A stretch of DNA of 64,000 nt from an uncultured bacterium (lineage in GTDB: Bacteria; Chloroflexota; UBA5177; JANWHV01). Below are positions 57,883-64,000 of the stretch, in pieces (the first letter of the stretch is position 1; every line of letters starts with the position of its first letter). Made by a program: the position numbers and the translations under genes. The notes below the pieces were generated by a model, which worked only from the letters and a program-made list of their open reading frames with translations, did not search any database and was not told the origin of the DNA. The stretch covers positions 736,001 to 800,000 of the forward strand of contig CAWHAE010000016.1 of the NCBI GenBank assembly GCA_963827235.1, read 5' to 3'.

Positions 57883-60428
57883 TGAGGCGACTGCGGGCGC
57901 TGGTGGTGTTTCTGCTCTTCAGCTGCAGCGGAGCCGCGGTATTTGCAGTCTATCTCATCGTGCCGTCGATCATCGCGGTGAACGCCATCTTCCAGGGCAG
58001 CGTGGTGGGATTGATCGCCGTCCTGGCAACGCTCGCGGTTACGGAAGTGCTGATCTTCGGCGTGCTGATCAGGACAACCTGGCGTCGAGCGGCGCTGCTC
58101 ATCCTGCAAGAGCGTCGCGCATCGGTTCGTCAGAAGGCCAGCTTCCACGTCGAGATCAGTGAGCCACACGCCGGTGCGCTGGCTCCGGGTCAAAGGATCC
58201 GTGCTTTGGCCGTCGACTCGAGTGCCGGCGGACTGGCCGTCCTCGTGGAGCCGAATCAGTGGGCAGCGGGCCGAGCAGGCTCGCGCATGTGCCTGCACTT
58301 GCGGGAGAATGCGACCGTAGAGGCTGAACCGGTCGATCTCGCCCGCGTCGTGGTCGACGGCCGCCCTCACGACCTGATCAGACTTCGCCTAGCCGACGCC
58401 GGTGCAATCCTGCGACCTCCGAACGGCGGTCTGGTCGACCGACAGTCCAATGGGCACGGCCCGTCGGTCGACGGCAGCATTGCCATCCCGAGCAACGGTC
58501 ACGTCGTAACCGGTAGCCACGACGCAGCCGGTAGGCATGTGGGAGCGGGCGTGCTGTCCGTGCTGGCGGCGTTGGGCCTTGGGATCCGCCGGCTGGCCGC
58601 GGTTCTGCCATGGCCGCTTTGGCTCGTTCTGGGCGTGCAGGCGGGCGCAGCGCTCAGCCTGAGCAATACGGCCTTCCAGGATGAAGCCACGTACCTCTTC
58701 GCGGGCCGGCAGATCGTCCACCACCTCGTGGGCGGTCCCGCTCCGACCATGTATGTGGGCGACTTCCTTGCCGGCACCACGCTGTATCCCACGCTGGCAG
58801 GTGCGCTCGACCTCGCGGGCGGGTTGGAAGCGGCGCGATTGTTCAGCCTCTTCTGCATGCTGTGTGCGACGCTAGGAGTCTACCTGGCTGCCAAGGTCCT
58901 CTACGACCGCACCAGCGGGCTCTTCGCCGCGTCCTTGTTCGGCGTCCAGGGATCCGTCCTGTTTCTCAGCCACTTCGCCACGTTTGACGCGATGTGCGTG
59001 GGACTGCTGTCGCTCGCCGCCGCCATGGCCGTCTGCGCCGGTGCGTCGCGCAGGCTCTGGCTTTCCCCGGCTGTCTCGGTCGTAGTGCTGCTTGCCGTCG
59101 CCACGACGTACATTGCCGTTCTCTATGTGCCGACGATACTGGCTCTTCTCTGCTGGAAGGCATTCGTGGAACACGGATGGCGACAGATGCTGCTCCGCGG
59201 CGCGCTGGCAGGCGGAGTGCTGGGCGCTGCCGGCGGCTACGCCTTGTCCCGGTATCCTACCGCAATCTCCGCCTTCGACTCGGCCATCCTGCACCGCAAT
59301 GCCGCTGTCCCAGAACCCTGGACGGTGCTCGTGCAGCTAGTTGTCTACCTGACCGTCCTCGTAACGGTACTGGCAGTCGCAGGCGTGTTCTTCAGTGGCG
59401 GCGCCCGCCTCCCGCTGGCCCTGTCGCTGCTCGTGACGTCACTGGCAGCTCCCGCGTACCACATCTACGACGGCGAGTTCACCTCGCTTCAGAAACATGT
59501 TACCTACGGCCTCATCTTCATCGCGCCCGTGGCCGGCTATGCGCTGACTCGGCTGGGCGGCCATCGCCGGCTGCTCGGCGTTGTGCTCTGCCTGCTCATC
59601 TTCACGACCGGGTACCAGGCAGATCGGCGGCTCTTCGATTGGTGGCCCAACAGCAGCTCCATGATTGCCGTGGTGCGGAGCCAGGTGCAGCCGGGCGATC
59701 GTATCCTTGCCGAGGAAGATGAGGTGCTTCAGTATTATCTGACGAAGTATGAGGCAAGTCTCGGACACCTGCAATGGAGCCAAACGTACAATTTCTCCTA
59801 CTACAATGCCAAGGGGCAGTTCCTACAGGGCGTGCCGGCCTACAAGGCGGCGATCTCCGACGGCTACTTCGACCTGGTGATCCTGCGCTATAGTCCTACT
59901 GTCACCATGGATCGTGCGATCGACGGTGGTCTGCGCGACGGCACCAGGTACGAGCTGGTGGCCAAGATTCCATACGATACCGCCTTTGGCCCGAGTGCCT
60001 ATTGGATCTGGCGCAAGCGCCCGTTGACGGCGGCTCCCAGGCCGCCCCTGCCTGCTCAGGCTGCCGTGCCGCTTCTGGTCGTGCACAACGAGCTCCACAC
60101 GGTCCTCGGCGGCCGGACTCAGCCCTGCAGCCTGCGCGCCAATACGAACGGTCCCATTCAACGCGGCTGCGTCGTGATCTCCAGCCGGTGGCTGCCCTAC
60201 GGCTCCGTAACCTACTCTCTCCGCTATCCTGACGGCACGACACAGACATTCTCGGACAGGGCGGATGGACGGGGACATTCGCTGCACCCATTCGCCGTGC
60301 ACTATCTACCGCCGCTGCACGCGGCGCATGGAGAGCCCTCCACCGTGGTATCGATCCAGGTCACGGCAACAAGCAAGGATGGCACGCAACGACAGGTGGC
60401 GAGCACCCGCTTCACCGTGATGCGGTAG
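57882..60428 (+). CDS. Fusion: 2 TM + PilZ + GT-C (GT39/ArnT-like) glycosyltransferase + C-terminal Ig-like domain
   Basis: GTG overlaps the GT2 TAG and follows GGAG. ERRASVR (58110) and DSSAGG (58215) PilZ motifs, AFQDEATY first-loop DE motif (58680), 10 or more TM segments. Confidence 0.85.
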   Translation: MRRLRALVVFLLFSCSGAAVFAVYLIVPSIIAVNAIFQGSVVGLIAVLATLAVTEVLIFGVLIRTTWRRAALLILQERRASVRQKASFHVEISEPHAGALAPGQRIRALAVDSSAGGLAVLVEPNQWAAGRAGSRMCLHLRENATVEAEPVDLARVVVDGRPHDLIRLRLADAGAILRPPNGGLVDRQSNGHGPSVDGSIAIPSNGHVVTGSHDAAGRHVGAGVLSVLAALGLGIRRLAAVLPWPLWLVLGVQAGAALSLSNTAFQDEATYLFAGRQIVHHLVGGPAPTMYVGDFLAGTTLYPTLAGALDLAGGLEAARLFSLFCMLCATLGVYLAAKVLYDRTSGLFAASLFGVQGSVLFLSHFATFDAMCVGLLSLAAAMAVCAGASRRLWLSPAVSVVVLLAVATTYIAVLYVPTILALLCWKAFVEHGWRQMLLRGALAGGVLGAAGGYALSRYPTAISAFDSAILHRNAAVPEPWTVLVQLVVYLTVLVTVLAVAGVFFSGGARLPLALSLLVTSLAAPAYHIYDGEFTSLQKHVTYGLIFIAPVAGYALTRLGGHRRLLGVVLCLLIFTTGYQADRRLFDWWPNSSSMIAVVRSQVQPGDRILAEEDEVLQYYLTKYEASLGHLQWSQTYNFSYYNAKGQFLQGVPAYKAAISDGYFDLVILRYSPTVTMDRAIDGGLRDGTRYELVAKIPYDTAFGPSAYWIWRKRPLTAAPRPPLPAQAAVPLLVVHNELHTVLGGRTQPCSLRANTNGPIQRGCVVISSRWLPYGSVTYSLRYPDGTTQTFSDRADGRGHSLHPFAVHYLPPLHAAHGEPSTVVSIQVTATSKDGTQRQVASTRFTVMR

Positions 60429-60681
60429 ATCTCGGGCGCGACACCCAGCGGACGTCGCGATGTCGACTGCACGGTCTGCCTCTTCCCCGGAAGCGCTGCC
60501 CGGGGTATCGTGGGATGTACCGGGACGTCCTGCCGGCTGACCACGATGCGCGGCCTAGTATCCGCACCGACCCCGCAAGCCTCTTTGAGCGCGTACCGCG
60601 CTTCAGTGAACGATATGTCCAATGCCTCGCAGCCTGCCACATGGTGGCCCTTGCGATGTGATGCAGAGAACGGTCGGCGCA

Positions 60682-61989
60682 ATGATCAAGCGAAACTCGG
60701 TGGCGGTAGTCACCTGGCTGCTGGCCCTGCTCACGCTCCTGGCTCAGCCGATAGACGGCGCTCCCGCCGCGGTACGGGCGAGTGCTCAGCACGCTGCCGG
60801 CGGCACGGTCCGCATCACGGGCCTGCTGGCACGACCTACGACGGCGCTGGCAGGCAGCAGCGTCATCCTGCAGACGGCGGTAGCCGCGCAGACCGCGTTC
60901 AGAGCGCTCATCGTATCGATCGAGGTCTACGGTCCGACGTGGAAGAGCGTCTACGCCATTCGCGCGTCGGTCGACATCGCGGCTCAAGGATCCCGCTCGG
61001 TCGCGGCGTCGTGGAGTATCCCGTCTTCCGAGGCAACCGGCACCTACCATGCGCTGGTGAACGTCTTCAGCGGCGACTGGACGATCCACTATGCGGAGCG
61101 CTGTTGCATCGACCTTCACGTGACCAACGCCTCCGGCGCCATCGCACTCGGCGCCTGGGTCCCTGGGGCTGACTCGAATCCGGCCGTTATTGACCAGTAC
61201 GCGCGTCTCACGGGCAGATACCCCGCCATCGTCAACTACTACCAATCGTGGTTACCTCCCAACCCGCGCGATCTCAACCTGGGGCTGCTGCGAGAATACG
61301 AGCGCCGGGGCATCACGCCGATGATCTCGTGGGAGCCCGACGTGCCGGACGAGAAGATCATCGGAGGCTCGTACGACTCGTTCATCCGCCGGTACGCGCT
61401 GGACGCCGCCACGTTCGGGAAGACCATTCTGCTGCGCTTCGCTTGGGAGGAAAACGGGAGCTGGACCGCGTGGAGCCCCGGTGTGAACGGTAACACCGCG
61501 CTCACCTTCATCGCGGCCTGGCGCCACATCCACGACATCTTCGTGGGGGAACACGCGACCAACGTCCAGTGGGTGTGGGCGCCCAACGTCGTCTTTCCCG
61601 GAAGCGCTCCCTACTCTGGCCTGTATCCCGGGGACGACTACGTCGATTGGCTGGGACTCGACGGCTACAACTGGGGAACTTCGACCACTTACAGCTACTG
61701 GTCCAGCGGTGACCAGATCTTCGGTCCCTCGATCGAAAGCCTGATGGCATTGTCGAGCAAGCCGATCATGATCTCAGAAATCGGATCGGCGGAGCAAGGC
61801 GGAAACAAGGCCACCTGGATAACGGACTGGTTCCTGCGTGATTTGCCCACCAGCTTCCCGCGCGTGCGAGCGGTCGTGTGGTTCGATCAGAACAAGGAAG
61901 CCGACTGGCAGATAGACTCGTCTGCCTCGTCCCTGGCTGCCTTCAGGCAGGTCGTGGCATCACCGCTCTACCAGGGACGGCTACCGTAG
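60682..61989 (+). CDS. Secreted GH26 glycoside hydrolase, close paralog of 54812-56176
   Basis: Signal peptide, LRFAWEENGSW, YPGDDYVDWLGLDGYNWG, KPIMISEIGS. Alternative start 60661. Confidence 0.92.
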   Translation: MIKRNSVAVVTWLLALLTLLAQPIDGAPAAVRASAQHAAGGTVRITGLLARPTTALAGSSVILQTAVAAQTAFRALIVSIEVYGPTWKSVYAIRASVDIAAQGSRSVAASWSIPSSEATGTYHALVNVFSGDWTIHYAERCCIDLHVTNASGAIALGAWVPGADSNPAVIDQYARLTGRYPAIVNYYQSWLPPNPRDLNLGLLREYERRGITPMISWEPDVPDEKIIGGSYDSFIRRYALDAATFGKTILLRFAWEENGSWTAWSPGVNGNTALTFIAAWRHIHDIFVGEHATNVQWVWAPNVVFPGSAPYSGLYPGDDYVDWLGLDGYNWGTSTTYSYWSSGDQIFGPSIESLMALSSKPIMISEIGSAEQGGNKATWITDWFLRDLPTSFPRVRAVVWFDQNKEADWQIDSSASSLAAFRQVVASPLYQGRLP

Positions 61990-62440
61990 CCCGATTCTCC
62001 TCTATCGGTCGCCGGACTAGTGCGTAGTGCTGGGCTTGCGGCGAGGACCGCGTTCATTCCGCCCTGCTTGATCGAACCTGACCAGTACTTATTTCCCCCG
62101 GTTCGCAGGACTACTGTCCCAGGTGTGAGGACTAGCACAACGCCTGCCATACCACTAGCATTGTGTCTGCAGGGAGACCCGCAATGTAACTGCCGCTAGT
62201 GAGGTCGTCTTGGCAGCACATGTGAGATTCGTCCGCGATCGGTCGACGTACGACAATGCTCAGGTCATGGCGGGTGCCCGGTTCGCGCGGCAACCAGGCT
62301 GCCTGCTCGTACGCACACCGGTGACCCGCCGGCTCGTGTCAGCATGCAGCAACGCTGCGAGCAGCGGAGGGGAGAGTCTTAGCGTCACGTAGACGATAAT
62401 TGGTCGTGGCGACCGGTAACACACCGGCGCGGCGTGACGC

Positions 62441-62522
62441 CGCTGTAAAAAGGTAAACCCATCGCGAGGTGGGGACACAAAGCCAAGGGTCTCGGCGCTG
62501 CCGAGATAGCCCGGTTGCCAGC
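62441..62522 (+). ncRNA. c-di-GMP-I (GEMM) riboswitch
   Basis: GGTAAA CCCATC GCGA GGTGGG GACAC AAA GCC..GGTCT..TAGCC..GTTGCC with P1 GCTG/CAGC and GNRA tetraloop. T-A covariation at the usual C22-G45 pair. G20/A47/C92 equivalents at 62452/62479/62518. About 110 nt upstream of ATG 62632. Confidence 0.88.
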
Positions 62523-62631
62523 ACCACAAGCTGACTACCCTCCTGTGTCGCGACCGGAGGTTCCAAGCCCGAAGAACCTGGTGCATCGGCTCCGGCAACT
62601 CACCAAAACAGAGTTAGGCGGAGATCACGAC

Positions 62632-64000
62632 ATGTGTACGTCTGTTGCACTGTGGCGGGTACCACTCGCCCTGCTCCTCATTTTGTCGGTGGCTCACTTT
62701 ACGCTGCCCGGCCCGGGGGCACGTGCCGATTCCTCCAGCATCGGCATCTCCAATGGTGCCGTCAGCCCAAGTACCGTCGCGCCGCCCAATAGCGCTGCGC
62801 TCTCCGCCACCATCTCTTCGCCGGCGGCTATGCCCGGCTCGATCATCGACTTCGAGGTGTTCAGCGCGGCGGGCACCCGCGTCTATCAGACGTACCTGAG
62901 CGGAGTGAACCTGGCGGCGAACAGCAGCCAGACGTTCACCGCCACATGGCCGGTGCCGGTCAATACCGCCGTCGGCACCTACACGGTCAACGTGGGCGTC
63001 TTCAATCAGTGGTGGTCCTATCGCTATGCCTGGGCATCACCAGCCACCTCCTTCCAGGTGACCACTTCCCTGCCCACGCCCACCAGCACGCCCGTCCCGG
63101 TGAGCATCTCCGGCGTCGTCGTGACTCCCGCGAGCATCGCCGCGAACAGCAGCGCAAACCTATCCGCCAAGGTGACCACGGTCAGCGCGATGCCCGGCTC
63201 GATCATCGACTTCGAGGTCTTCAACGCGGCAGGCACTCGCATCTACCAGACGTATCAGACCGGAGTGAACCTGGCTGCCGGCAACACCCAGAGCTTCGGC
63301 GCGATCTGGCCGGTACCTCTCGCGCAGGCCACCGGCACCTACACGGTCGACGTAGGTGTCTTCAACCAGTGGTGGTCCTACCGCTATGCCTGGGCTGCGC
63401 CTGCCGCCTCGTTCCAGGTCACCGCCGCTCTTCCGACCAACACGCCGCTGCCGACGGCAACCAGCACACCGGTGCCGGTTGGCATCTCCGGTGTCGCAGT
63501 CAGCCCATCCAGCGTCCCCGCGAACAGCAACGCGGCGATGTCGGCCAAAGTCACCACGGTCAATGCCGTGCCCGGCAGCATCATCGACTTCGAGGTGTTC
63601 AATGCATCCGGTGCTCGCGTCTACCAGACCTATCAATCGGGCGTGAACCTGGCGGCCAACAGCGCGCAGACCTTCACCGCTGCATGGCCTGTTCCGCTCA
63701 GCCAGGCTGCCGGCGCCTACTCGGTCGACATCGGAGTGTTCAGCCAGAACTGGGCGTCTCGCTACGCCTGGGCTGCACCAGCTACGTCGTTCCAGGTGAC
63801 CGCGGCGCTCCCGACCAACACGCCGCTGCCCACGGCAACCAGTACGCAGGTGGCGGTCAGCGTTTCGAGCGTTGCCGTCAACCCCTCCACGGTGTCTGCA
63901 AGCAGCAGCGCCGCGCTCTCAGCCAAGGTTACCACGGCTGGCGCGATGGCCAGCTCCATCATCGACTTCGAGGTATTCGACGCATCCGGCACTCGCCAGT
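62632..64000 (+). CDS. Secreted multi-repeat Ig-like surface protein, runs off the window
   Basis: My translation: MCTSVALWRVPLALLLILSVAHFTLPGPGARA|DSSS..., then four or more ~120-aa repeats (IIDFEVF at 62842, 63202, 63580, 63958) joined by PT-rich linkers. GGAG RBS. Confidence 0.88.
   Translation, partial: MCTSVALWRVPLALLLILSVAHFTLPGPGARADSSSIGISNGAVSPSTVAPPNSAALSATISSPAAMPGSIIDFEVFSAAGTRVYQTYLSGVNLAANSSQTFTATWPVPVNTAVGTYTVNVGVFNQWWSYRYAWASPATSFQVTTSLPTPTSTPVPVSISGVVVTPASIAANSSANLSAKVTTVSAMPGSIIDFEVFNAAGTRIYQTYQTGVNLAAGNTQSFGAIWPVPLAQATGTYTVDVGVFNQWWSYRYAWAAPAASFQVTAALPTNTPLPTATSTPVPVGISGVAVSPSSVPANSNAAMSAKVTTVNAVPGSIIDFEVFNASGARVYQTYQSGVNLAANSAQTFTAAWPVPLSQAAGAYSVDIGVFSQNWASRYAWAAPATSFQVTAALPTNTPLPTATSTQVAVSVSSVAVNPSTVSASSSAALSAKVTTAGAMASSIIDFEVFDASGTRQ

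Noticed and set aside
62800-64000. Tandem DNA repeats as a CRISPR array or mobile element
   Set aside because: Periods are 360-378 bp, in frame and protein-coding. There are no spacers, cas genes or transposase.

Overview
High-GC bacterial chromosomal DNA with no rRNA, tRNA, CRISPR array or mobile element that I can support. The gene content fits a monoderm soil bacterium such as Chloroflexota (inference only). Left part (1-26 kb): partial metH, three aldo/keto reductases, MerR/TipAS and MarR regulators with readable operators, a PilZ protein, GH38 and GH13 glycosidases, a PspA-PspAA fusion, a MoxR-DUF58-DUF4129 operon and an MFS transporter. 26.8-33.2 kb: a tightly coupled five-gene operon with two catalytically degenerate PrsW-like proteins, two zinc-ribbon single-pass membrane proteins and a secreted S53 sedolisin. 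33.7-42.4 kb: several signalling proteins with altered key residues (FapA with a degenerate PilZ, two atypical receivers, a His-to-Gln hemerythrin, an ECF sigma whose 5' end is broken inside a palindrome). The strongest candidate new system is at 52.9-64 kb: an Egghead-like GT2 coupled to a 2TM-PilZ-GT-C fusion, three GH26 hydrolases and a multi-repeat surface protein. The locus also has one canonical c-di-GMP-I riboswitch and one paralogous copy with an altered ligand pocket. I read it as a putative c-di-GMP-controlled surface glycan (possibly beta-mannan) synthesis locus. All family assignments come from motif recognition by eye, not database searches.
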